A DNA stretch of 63,341 nucleotides, filler included, from Octopus bimaculoides (GCF_001194135.2; 6 parts of 6 records of this genome joined end to end with filler, not necessarily neighbours in it); one strand, 5' to 3'. Positions 50,302 to 61,689 are shown, counted from the first letter of the whole stretch. Numbers and translations: made by a program. Notes: generated from the sequence alone by a model not told the origin.

Positions 50302-50450
50302 CAGTGTTGGGCGTAAGTCCGTTAATCCGTTAATCGTTAATGAACGAAGTTAACGTTTTCGTTAACGATTTAACTTTTAAGTTAACTTTGAAAATCATTA
50401 TAGGATTAATCAACTTTCGTTGCATTTACTTACCTCAAGTCCGTTAACCC
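50302..50450 (+). mobile_element. Probable hAT-type DNA transposon end
   Basis: Starts CAGTGTTGGG, then dense subterminal (C)GTTAA(C) motifs. No matching opposite end (CCCAACACTG) was seen. Confidence 0.5.
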
Positions 50451-50982
50451 CAAATTTGATAAAAACTGGTAAATATTTAAAAGTTTCTATTGTTTTCATT
50501 TTAGTTTAATACTAATATTGAGTTTCATATGAGATTTGTTTACCAATTTCTAGCACTAAAAGCCTTTAAAAACCTAAAAAGGGGCCAAAACTATGAAATC
50601 AGCCTTTTCTAAAATTTGAAACTATATAATCAGCATTTTAAAATTCTACAATAATCAGAAAAAAGACTATAGTTCTTGGGTTATAATGCTCTCTGGAAAA
50701 AAACCCATTTAAGCGTGATTTCGATGACACATTCGTTGGAAGCATGCAAAATAACCTGCAAAAGAAAAAAAGACCCACGAAACAAAACTCCCTTGGTGGG
50801 AAACTTCGAGGTCCCCACCATCCCTCCCACCTTTTTTCCGGATAAAAGTGGGTTGCGGCGGGTCTGGAGGTCAAATATATTGAGTGCACCCGAAATGGCT
50901 GTGGAAAAAATTATTCCACAACGAGGTACGAAATATTTACCGAAAGAATAAAATCTTGTACCCACGTTCGAAATTTCTCCAA

Positions 50983-51028
50983 GACACCTGATGAAGGCTG
51001 GAGAGTATATCAGCCGAAACGTTGTGTT
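50983..51028 (+). ncRNA. Minimal type I hammerhead motif with loop-less palindromic stem III
   Basis: GACAC-CTGATGA-A-GGCTG-[10 nt]-CAGCC-GAAAC-GTT-GTGTT. Stem I is GACAC/GTGTT, stem II is a perfect 5 bp and stem III is the palindrome AACGTT. Confidence 0.72.
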
Positions 51029-52028
51029 AACAACAAACAAGATAAGGACAAATATCCGTCAAATGTAAATAATATAAATAATGAACTTAGGTATAATTGT
51101 AGGGTTAATGTACTCATAAATGAGGCGGTATCTCATGATTAATATGCGTACATCTGCAACTAAAACGGTTGAATAATTCTTAATAGATATGGTATTAATA
51201 TTAAAGTACAAATTAAATGGTTAAGAAGGATATAAGGTTTTATATATAAGTAACAATAGTATATATTATATATAGTTTACCGAAACTTAATATACGCACG
51301 TACATCGAGAAAATATAATTAATAGCTTATGACTGTTTAATTAATTTAAGTTAAAGATACAACGTAATAATTTAATATTTGTTTTGACTTTATTAATTTC
51401 TTAATTTATTAGTTTGATTTGTTAATATTTATGTTTTCTTCGATTAGATCGTTCATTTCTTATTATTATTGTGCATTAATATCGATGACATAAAATTCAA
51501 CTATGGTAATTATTAAGCAGTTTTGATTCGTCGTCATTTCGTAGCTTTCGACACTATAACACGCACTCACAAATATATAAGAATAGTAACTGTTTTATTA
51601 AAATACACCTGTTGCTAAAACATACATGTCTGAGTCTAAGGTTAACCAACACGTTGGAATGTAGCTCCTTTCTAACAAATTCTCTCCCATGACGAAATAC
51701 CTGATTTACGACATTCGATATGAAAATTTAAATTAACTAAATTTAATTTAATTCCTCAAATTGAATTAATTGGTTATTGAAACAGCTGTAGGTGTAAAGA
51801 ATCTGATGCTACACTGATTGCGATTTGTTCAAATAAGTTTATGTCTATAAATTTCTCTACTTTCTTTTTCTCATACATGATATACATGAATGTGTGTGTG
51901 TATGTGCGTGAGTGCGTATGTATGTATANNNNNNNNNNNNNNNNNNNNNNNNNNNNNNNNNNNNNNNNNNNNTTAATTAATTAANNNNNNNNNNNNNNNN
52001 NNNNNNNNNNNNNNNNNNNNNNNNNNNN

Positions 52029-52355
52029 AGCCTGCTCGTGAAATTAACGTGCAAGTGGTTGAGCACTCCACAGACACGTGTACCCTTAACGTAGTTCTCG
52101 GGGAAATTCAGCGTGACACAGAGTGTGACAAGGCTGACCCTTTGAATTACAGGCACAACAGAAACAGGAAGTAAGAGTGAGAGAAAGTTGTGGTGAGAGA
52201 GTACAGCAGGGTTCGCCACCATCCCCTGCCGGAGCCTCGTGGAACTTAAGGTGTTTTCGCTCAATAAACACTCACAACGGCCGGTCTGGGAATCGAAACC
52301 GCGATCCTACGACCGCGAGTCCGCTGCCCTAACCACTGGGCCATTGCGTCTCCAC
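52029..52355 (-). mobile_element. tRNA(Arg)-like SINE family C, longest copy (3' end in gap)
   Basis: Minus-strand head GTGGAGACGCAATGGCCCAGTGGTTAGGGCAGCGGACTCGCGG; the body aligns to both 38456 and 54396. Confidence 0.92.
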
Positions 52356-52950
52356 ATGTCACTCGTAACAATATCTAGAAAACTTGCATACTAAGTCTTT
52401 TAATAGTTTGTTTATGGATGCTCTCATTGTTGGATCAACAATGTTTAAAGAAAGGTTCACAACTTCACAACTATATATGTAATCTAATCTAAGATACGAA
52501 ACCCAAACGTTGGATATCAAACGCGTCCCTGTGACTTATTACTGGTGATGATGTTTACTATGTTGCAGCGGTGTGCATCAGCTATTATTTCAGAAGATAT
52601 GACATGTCCCGGAGCCTATATCTATGAAATTATGGGAGTTTACTACCCTCACTTTCGGTGCAATTTACTTTCACTTTTTAATTGCTGTAAACTGCATGCT
52701 AACCCTCTGAATTGGCTGAAGGTGGCGGCGATCTTTGTAAAATTTGAACTCAAAGTGCAGAGAGCTAAAAACAAATTTAAACTCTGGTAATTCATTTTAT
52801 GTGTCGACACACAAAGGATAAAAGTTGCAGTAAACGTCAGCAGGAATTGAACCCAAAGCGACGAGAGCTGAAACGATTACTGCAAAGCAATCAATCCAAT
52901 CCTCTAACAGCTATGCCAATTAGTTGCCATATGCATGTATATATGCATAC

Positions 52951-53010
52951 GGTCAAAGTATCGTGACATGTAATCACGGGGATGTGAGTTCGAGTCCACA
53001 GCTAGCCACC
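52951..53010 (+). mobile_element. tRNA-like SINE head remnant
   Basis: GGTCAAAG..GTGACATGTAATCAC..GAGTTCGAGTCC, with an anticodon-arm-like hairpin and a B-box. No complete cloverleaf. Confidence 0.5.
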
Positions 53011-53979
53011 TACACTTTTTTCTGCAAAATAGGGGTAGTTTATCCTGTTCAGGCTATATTATTAGCATTATTCTGCGATTGAGAATTTAAAATCACTTCT
53101 TTAACTTTCTAAAAGACATCTCAACGCTTCTAAAGCAAACTTCGTTTGTTTATTTACGTTTGTCGTAATTTGAATTTAGTATATATATATATATATATAC
53201 ATATTTATGTGTGTGTGCAAACACACACACACACACTCACACATGCATACTCAAACACATACTCTCAAACGTACACACAGTCAAACATATACTCTCACAT
53301 ATAGACGCACTCCACATACACACACATATACACACATATACACACATATACACACACATATATAAGTGCAGAGAGCTGAAATTAATTTCAAACCTTGCTA
53401 ATCAATTCACCGGGCTTTTATTATCCGCTATGCCATTTGAAGACTACAGGGTGGCATTTGAGGGACATTTGACAGCTATTTTTAGTCAGTTAAACAACAG
53501 AAGAATAATTAAAATACAGCAATATTTCCAACAATAACCCTCTTCTAATAAAAAATTTTTTTTATAAAAAAGAAGTAAATAATTATAAGAGCGAGAAAAA
53601 TCAATAGGAAGGAAAATCGATTCTTTATTATATAAATCTTTATTACATAATTATTATAGAATCCTTCATTATATAATTATTATATAGTTTTAATTATATA
53701 ATTATTATATAATTTTTTATTCTCTTATTCTATTATCGGTTTCAGTTGGAGGCTATGACTACGGTAGCGCACCGCCATAATTATTATCTAATTCTTTATT
53801 ATATAATTTATCAAGTGTTTGCTTCATATTTAGTTAGACTGTTATTTTCTATATTGTTATATCTGGAGAGACAGTCATAATTAATAAAGCCTATAAACAC
53901 ACTCGGCGGTTATTGTTTGGCTATATTTCACTTCTCTCTTTTCAAAAATTGTTGACGCTTCTTTTATCTGTTATATGCT

Positions 53980-54195
53980 TCAGTCTTTAGAGTGCAGCTA
54001 CGTTGGAGTACCGCCTTGGAGAATTTTTAGTCGAATGAATCCACCCCAGTACACGTTTTTTTGTAAGCCTGGTACTTATTCTATTGGTCTCTTTTACTGA
54101 ACCCCTAAATTACAGGTATGTAAACACACCAACACCGATTGTCAAGTGGGGGGAGGGCAAATATAGACAAGAAGACCCACTCAGACACACATTCA
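53980..54195 (-). mobile_element. SINE family A tail segment
   Basis: GGAGTACCGCCTT..GTAAGCCTGGTACTTATTCTATTGGTCTC..AAACACACCAACACCGATTGTCAAG. Confidence 0.8.
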
Positions 54196-54200
54196 CACAG

Positions 54201-54231
<31 letters not shown>

Positions 54232-54395
54232 GATTGACCGTTGACTGAACACTATTCAATTTTTTTTCTCCGTGTTTTTCTCCTTGTCTCCGTATNNNNN
54301 NNNNNNNNNNNNNNNNNNNNNNNNNNNNNNNNNNNNNNNTTAATTAATTAANNNNNNNNNNNNNNNNNNNNNNNNNNNNNNNNNNNNNNNNNNNN

Positions 54396-54560
54396 TATTG
54401 AGCGATAACACCTAAAGCTCCACGAGGCTCCAGCAGGGGATGGTGGCGAACCCCGCTGTACTCTTCCACCACAACTTTCTCTCACCCTTACTTCCTGTTT
54501 CTGTTGTGCCTGTAATTCAAAGGGTCAACCCTCGACGTTGTAAGCGACGGAGTGCTAACA
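54396..54560 (+). mobile_element. SINE family C fragment with a different internal deletion
   Basis: ACACCTAAAGCTCCACGAGGCTCC..TTCAAAGGGTCA is joined directly to ACCCTCGACG..AAGCGAC. Confidence 0.85.
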
Positions 54561-54577
54561 CACACACAACATAACAC

Positions 54578-54618
<41 letters not shown>

Positions 54619-55007
54619 ATTACAGCTATATACATACAGGAATCGTGAGTTAAATCAACTTTATTTATAAATAATATCCGTTACTTCACTGTGTTGGGGT
54701 CTCCCGCTTTGTGGCATACAAAATTACTGAATATATGGTGTTCATATTGAATGTTTTGTATATAGATTGGCAAGTATCCAACTATTTCGTTTAGAAACAA
54801 CTACAGCACTACTATATGGATACACACGCGCGAGCGATTATATTTGTGTGCTGTGTATGTATGTAATTCGACAGAAAGAATACAGTGAAATTACTGTTCA
54901 ACTAATCTAGAAATCTAGCAAACATAATGGCATCGGCATTCCAACCATGAGCATCCTGCACTTTAGGACTTTAGGACTATATTATCGAATATGAAATTTT
55001 ATTACTT

Positions 55008-55222
55008 AAGATGGTAGATCTACGTTCTGAGTTCAAATACCGCCGGGGTCGACTTTGCCTTTCACCCTTTTGGTTGAACACCGGGATCAATGTAACTGAC
55101 TTAGCCTCTGCACTAAAATTGCTGGCATCTTGCCAAAATTTGAAACCATTATATAAGATGGTAGGGCGCGATTTGAGTGGGATTTGACAGCTATTTCTTG
55201 CAAGTCCAGCGACCACGTAGAA
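55008..55222 (+). mobile_element. SINE family B with extended tail
   Basis: ACGTTCTGAGTTCAAAT..GGGGTCGACTTTGCCTTTCACCC core; tail GATTTGAGTGGGATTTGACAGCTATTTC, also seen near 5970, 11450 (reverse) and 53450. Confidence 0.8.
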
Positions 55223-56055
55223 GTTTCACTGGTTTGGCTCCGGCAGGAAGTTGTTAAACGCTAAAATGTCAAAACCAAGTTTACATTCCAGCCTTTAGAT
55301 GTCAAAGGGTCAAATATATTAATACCTGTCATAGACGAGAATGAAGATGCATCAAATTCGATGAAGATTTGGTCGAGGGGGCGGGTATTTGACGACCACA
55401 ACTTCCTGCAGGTAAATGTCAACGTAAGAAGACCTTTCAAATCATTCATAATTCTGTTCTGAGAGGTTAATATTTTATGTGTAGTTAGACTAAGATTTAC
55501 AGTTAAGTATATGTGTGTTATGGGTTTATAGAGAGAAAGAAAGATATATGTAAATGAATATATCTATATAGTTATTCAGAGAAGTACGAAATCTATTATA
55601 TGATTATATATTCAGTCTTGATTAAAAAATATTTGGTATGGCGTTGGTTTGATGTCAAATTTATAGAAAGCTTGTTAAACTGAAAGTCGAAGTGAGGTGA
55701 GTTTGGACTAGTTTAGGTCATTGATTTAAATCAATAGTTACAGAGAAAGTACCATGAGTTGGAGTGTAAGTCATGCAACAGGAGTCTCGAAACATAGACG
55801 TCAAGTGAGAATGTGTATGTGCGTCCCCTTGTGTGTGTGGGNNNNNNNNNNNNNNNNNNNNNNNNNNNNNNNNNNNNNNNNNNNGGGGGGGGGGGGGTGC
55901 GTATTGATGTAGAGAGAAACGTGGGATGGACAAATGAACACATACAGAAAGAGATAGGTAGAGGGTAAAAGAGAGTACATCTGACAATGCGGGAAATGAA
56001 TAAAGAAATGCTAGTTCTAAAATCTCTCCAAGAGATCAACGCAGTAGTTGTACTG

Positions 56056-56369
56056 ACAAGTAATTTTTGTAGCCACTTTAACATGGCTGTTCGTTCGAGC
56101 GGACTCTACTGCGATTTTTTAACCCCAAGAGGACATCTCTTTACCTGTTTAACGATGCACAGCTGCATCCGATAAAACTGTGAGCAGGGGAGCGAACCTC
56201 TACCATCTTCTAGCGACGGAACTAGTAGACCAGTCCTGGTTTAGAACTATTTCTGCCACTCCTAAGTACTGGACACCTCACCTGCTATATATTTCAAGCG
56301 AGCACAGTCGCTGATTTTGAGTCCACTTGAACGGACAGCCATGTTAGTGTGGCTACAAATATTACTTGT
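56056..56369. mobile_element. MITE-like element with 51-bp terminal inverted repeats
   Basis: 56056-56106 and 56319-56369 are reverse complements at 45/51 by hand alignment; the interior is non-coding. Confidence 0.75.
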
Positions 56370-56530
56370 ATAAAGAAAAACTATAATATATGTAATATTG
56401 TTAGAATATAAGTGAATAAACTATATAAAATTTAAAGACTTAATATTACAATAACAACACAATGCAACTGCTTTAGTTTCAATATATGATCTCAAATCTA
56501 ATATGCACAAAGAAACGATATACTTACATT

Positions 56531-56762
56531 AAGGCGGCGAGCTGGCAGAAACGTTAGCGCGCCGAGCGAAATGCTTTGCGGTATTTCGTCTGCCGTTACG
56601 TTTTGAGTTCAAATTCCGCCGAGGTCGACTTTGCCTTTTAATCCTTTCGGGGTCGATAAATTAAGTACCGGTTACGCACTGGGGTCGATGTAACGACTTA
56701 ATCTGTTTGTCTGTCCTTGTTTGTCCCATCTGTGTTTAGTCCCTTGTGGGCAATAAGGAAAT
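56531..56762 (+). mobile_element. SINE family B, full length, with 21-bp target-site duplication
   Basis: Perfect direct repeat AAGAAACGATATACTTACATT at 56510-56530 and 56763-56783; head AAGGCGGCGAGCTGGCAGAA and B-box GAGTTCAAATTCC. Confidence 0.95.
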
Positions 56763-56817
56763 AAGAAACGATATACTTACATTTTTGTTGCAAATGATTT
56801 TAATAAAAGAATGTGTG

Positions 56818-56988
56818 AAATCTTTATGTTCTGTCTTCACGTTCTGAGTTCAAATTCCGCCGATGTCAACTTTACCTTTCATCCTTTAGGGGTCGATAAA
56901 TTAAGTACCAGTTACGTACTGGAGTCGATCTAATCGACTGGCCCCCTCCCCAAAAGTTTCGGGCCTTGTGCCTAGAGTAAAAAAAAAT
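56818..56988 (+). mobile_element. SINE family B, 5'-truncated, with 15-bp target-site duplication
   Basis: Perfect direct repeat ATAAAAGAATGTGTG at 56803-56817 and 56989-57003. Confidence 0.92.
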
Positions 56989-57864
56989 ATAAAAGAATGT
57001 GTGGTTTTAATTATATCGATAGTGCCACTCAACTTGATCGAAACTGAAATTGCAGTTCTCAAAATCACGCGCCTATTTTAAAGTTTTTAACTATAAAAAG
57101 TCTTTAAGAAAATGTAGCGAAAATTATTCAGTGAACAAGAAGTATAATGACACAGGTTTCTATTCCAGTAGGCGCAATTTTACTTCTCTCGTGTCACTAA
57201 TGCTATTTGGAAAGCATGAGCCTCAATATTTTACAAGAAGAAAAAAAAACCATTAAAATATTNNNNNNNNNNNNNNNNNNNNNNNNNNNNNNNNNNNNNN
57301 NNNNNNNNNNNNNNNNNNNNNNNNNNNNNNNNNNNNNNNNNNNNNNNNNNNNNNNNNNNNNNNNNNNNNNNNNNNNNNNNNNNNNNNNNNNNNNNNNNNN
57401 NNNNNNNNNNNNNNNNNNNNNNNNNNNNNNNNNNNNNNNNNNNNNNNNNNNNNNNNNNNNNNNNNNNNNNNNNNNNNNNNNNNNNNNNNNNNNNNNNNNN
57501 NNNNNNNNNNNNNNNNNNNNNNNNNNNNNNNNNNNNNNNNNNNNNNNNNNNNNNNNNNNNNNNNNNNNNNNNNNNNNNNNNNNNNNNNNNNNNNNNNNNN
57601 NNNNNNNNNNNNNNNNNNNNNNNNNNNNNNNNNNNNNNNNNNNNNNNNNNNNNNNNNNNNNNNNNNNNNNNNNNNNNNNNNNNNNNNNNNNNNNNNNNNN
57701 NNNNNNNNNNNNNNNNNNNNNNNNNNNNNNNNNNNNNNNNNNNNNNNNNNNNNNNNNNNNNNNNNNNNNNNNNNNNNNNNNNNNNNNNNNNNNNNNNNNN
57801 NNNNNNNNNNNNNNNNNNNNNNNNNNNNNNNNNNNNNNNNNNNNNNNNNNNNNNGGGGGGGGGG

Positions 57865-59047
57865 TCATTAACAGCATTATCGAATTGATTTGTTTCTTAT
57901 TGTATCTAAAATCAATGTAACTCATGATGCAACATGGATCTTCGCTGAATTTCAGTTCTTTGAGGCTTTTGTAAACATCGTAGATGGTAAATGCCGTTGA
58001 CTCAGCTTCCAAAATCAACTCTTTCAACTGCAGATAGTTTGAACAGATTTGGATGAAGTTAGTCCTGAACTTAGGATTTCACACATCTTCTTTCACTCTC
58101 TGCAACAAAATGTGTTTTTCCTTAAAACTCTCTACAAGTTTTGTAACTTCTGCAAGGTTCTTGGCATAGTAATTTTAGGCACCCAACCAGCTACACCACC
58201 TGATCAAAATTGGCTAAGTGAGGTATCCGATTGTTTTGAATTGCTCACGATGTCGTTTGTTTTTCACAGTGGCATCCTTGATGGCGGCAATCAGACAATC
58301 GACTACAGGAAAGTCTTTATTTTTAGAGCACAGTTCTGTAGTAGGTGATAGAAGCAGGTTTCATGAAAGAGCTTAGGGTACAAAAATTGCAATGTTTCTC
58401 CAACAGCTGCCATATACCGAGCAACATCAGACAATAGTAGGAAAAAAATTTCTCTCAGAATTACCATACTTCTTAATAAATCATTGATGATTTAAGTGAC
58501 GTCTGTAACAGTTACAGCTGATTTGAGTGGCATATTGTCTTTTAAGAACTTTTTTTTTTTTTAGGATTTTTAACTGAACCAATAAGTTACATTAACAATT
58601 TTTTTTATTATTAAGATCATTTTCATCAACAATTAAAGATACATTTTGATCATCCAGGCGGCTCTGGCAACTACCAACCGCGTTTGCACTAAGCATATCA
58701 ACATATTTGAGGCACGTAGATTGATATGACCATGGTTTAGTGATAGAATCAATGAGTCTTCTCAAACTTCGATAAGTGAGTTTCTACAAAGGGATGTTGC
58801 CCTCAAGAAATGCTTTGGTCACCATTGCACCCCAAGATGTATGGTTTTTGGTAAATACAAATTATTTGATAGGTCGGTCGCTCTTCACTCTAAGTCTATT
58901 TAAGATAGTCTTAATGTTTTTTGCACATTTTATAGGATTCGAAACAATGCCTTTTGTCGCTTTAGACAACAAAGTACAGTCTGCAGTGTAACTGGTTATT
59001 GTGAGTCTACAAATTCTTGCATCTTGACTTGTTTTTGGCTTTGGCAT
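57865..59047 (-). mobile_element. hAT-superfamily (CGGBP1-like) transposase pseudogene
   Basis: MPKPK..VTKAFLEGNIPL..; FLLLSDVARYMAAVGETLQFLYPKLFHETCFYHLLQNCA (SD..YM and C..H.L motifs); ILIRWCSWL..NYYAKN (RW motif). The C-terminus is lost in a gap. Confidence 0.8.
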
Positions 59048-59156
59048 CTGAGCTAATAAGAAAATCCTAATAACCAAACTTAAAATTACTTGAAAAAGAA
59101 AAAAAAACAACTCAATAAGATGACTATAGATGAGGGATAACATTATTATTAGTAAT

Positions 59157-59379
59157 AAGACGGTGAGTGAGTAGAATTGATATCTAATCAGAGAATACGC
59201 TAAGCGGCGTTTTTTTCGGTTCATTACGTTCTGAGTTCAAATTCCACCGAAGTCGACTTCGCCTATTATCCTTTCAGTATCGATAAAATAAATACTTGTT
59301 TTGAAAACTGAGGTCGACGTAATCAACTAACACTCTCCCTCAAAATTTTTGACTCTGTGCTCAGCTTATAGTAGAAAGG

Positions 59380-59380
<1 letters not shown>
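59157..59380 (+). mobile_element. SINE family B ending in a (TTA)n tail
   Basis: TTACGTTCTGAGTTCAAATTCC..GTCGACTTCGCC..ATCCTTTC core; tail AGTAGAAAGGA followed by (TTA)n at 59381-59414. Confidence 0.8.
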
Positions 59381-59414
<34 letters not shown>

Positions 59415-59418
<4 letters not shown>

Positions 59419-59696
59419 TAGTTTTATTTTTATAACGTGCTTTCACTTCACTACCGAGCGCAGCTCTGTGCGCCTTGGGTATGTGCTGTGGTTTGCTGTG
59501 GTGCTCTTATGTTTACTGTATTGAAAGTGTTTTGCGTAGAATGTGTGCAGTGCCCAGTAGTGCAATTTTCTGTATGTTATATATATTTGTAAGTCCTGGT
59601 GTTTTTGTTATGTATTTGTCTGAATATTTTTTTATTATACCTAAGGCACCTACTATGATAGGAATTGTTTCTGTTTTTAGATTCCACATTCGAGTT
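59415..59696 (-). mobile_element. RLE-type LINE (R4/Dong-like) 3' end
   Basis: RMWNLKTETIPIIVGALGIIKK...IQKIALLGTAHILRKTLS, the C-terminus typical of restriction-like endonuclease LINEs. The 3' UTR abuts (TAA)n. Confidence 0.85.
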
Positions 59697-60433
59697 NNNN
59701 NNNNNNNNNNNNNNNNNNNNNNNNNNNNNNNNNNNNNNNNNNNNNNNNNNNNNNNNNNNNNNNNNNNNNNNNNNNNNNNNNNNNNNNNNNNNNNNNNNNN
59801 NNNNNNNNNNNNNNNNNNNNNNNNNNNNNNNNNNNNNNNNNNNNNNNNNNNNNNNNNNNNNNNNNNNNNNNNNNNNNNNNNNNNNNNNNNNNNNNNNNNN
59901 NNNNNNNNNNNNNNNNNNNNNNNNNNNNNNNNNNNNNNNNNNNNNNNNNNNNNNNNNNNNNNNNNNNNNNNNNNNNNNNNNNNNNNNNNNNNNNNNNNNN
60001 NNNNNNNNNNNNNNNNNNNNNNNNNNNNNNNNNNNNNNNNNNNNNNNNNNNNNNNNNNNNNNNNNNNNNNNNNNNNNNNNNNNNNNNNNNNNNNNNNNNN
60101 NNNNNNNNNNNNNNNNNNNNNNNNNNNNNNNNNNNNNNNNNNNNNNNNNNNNNNNNNNNNNNNNNNNNNNNNNNNNNNNNNNNNNNNNNNNNNNNNNNNN
60201 NNNNNNNNNNNNNNNNNNNNNNNNNNNNNNNNNNNNNNNNNNNNNNNNNNNNNNNNNNNNNNNNNNNNNCTCAAAGCGACGAAAATATTTTGACAAATTA
60301 AATTTAAATGTTGAAGTTAATCTAACAGATTTTGTGTGTTATTTTAAATGGCTTATAAACACCTTCCACGCTGCAATTGTTTTCGTTCCAGCACACGATC
60401 TCAGATCAGGTCACTTGCTATGCAAGTACATCT

Positions 60434-60476
<43 letters not shown>

Positions 60477-60803
60477 CGAACAGTTGGTACCATCATCCCA
60501 AACTAATCACACATCCATTTCTCAACCCAGTAACTCATCCATATATTTTTCTGTGTGGGGGGTGAGTGTATGTGTGTGTGTAAATATACATATATTTGTA
60601 CATGCATACATATCAACATGAATTAGTACATATGTACGTGCTTATACATGGATGCACATGTATATTAGCACACATACATAAACGCTGGAAGATACACATA
60701 TACCTCCATATATACATCACATCCACTCATACAGACACACATGCACACATATATATGCACATACATACATGCATACATCATACATACAAACATACATGCA
60801 TAC

Positions 60804-60844
<41 letters not shown>

Positions 60845-60999
60845 NNNNNNNNNNNNNNNNNNNNNNNNNNNNNNNNNNNNNNNNNNNNTTAATTAATTAA
60901 NNNNNNNNNNNNNNNNNNNNNNNNNNNNNNNNNNNNNNNNNNNNGAAAGTTCAGTCTTTGAGTCTATAGAAGAAAGGAACCATTATCTGTAGGCATTGG

Positions 61000-61007
61000 G
61001 AGTAACG

Positions 61008-61051
<44 letters not shown>

Positions 61052-61680
61052 GGTGGTGTTGGTGGTGGTGGTGGCGGAGGTCGTGTTGGTTGTGGTGTTG
61101 GTGCTGGCAGGTGGTGCAGGTGGCGGCGGTGGTGATGCTAGTAGTAGTAGTAGTAGTAGTAGTAGAGGGGGTAGCAGTAATGGTGGGGGTGTGGTAGTAG
61201 TAGTAGTGGTGGGGTAATAGTAGTAGTAGTAGTAGTAGTGGTAGGGGGTATTAGTTGCAGTAGTAGTAGTAGTGGTGGTGGGAGTAGTAGCAGTAGGGGT
61301 AGTAGTAGTTGTTGTTGTTGTGGTGGTGGTGGTATTAGTGGTGGTGCTGGTGCTGGTGGCGGCGGTGTTTAAGGTGAAAGTGATGTTGGTGGTAGTAGGG
61401 ACGGCAGTGGTGTGTTAGTGTTGGGAATCGCGGTAATGGGGGGGGGTGTTGGTAGGGGCGGTGTAGGTGAGTGCTGAGCGGGGGGGATAGCGGTGGTGAT
61501 TGTGTGTGGGGGGGGGAGCTGGTGAGATTGGCGGTGGCGGTGCTATTAGCATTTGGGATGAAGGTGGTCGACATGATGATGTAAACAGCGATGAGGCAGA
61601 TGATTTTGGTCGTAATACGATATGTGGTCATGGTGGGGAAAAAGTGAGAGTGACAGAGGAGGAGGAGGAGGAGGAGATCA
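61000..61680. repeat. G-rich low-complexity tract of (GTA)n/(GTG)n/(GAG)n with G-runs
   Basis: Visible trinucleotide mosaics and G7-G9 runs at 61437-61517. Confidence 0.9.
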
Positions 61681-61689
61681 TTGGCTTTC

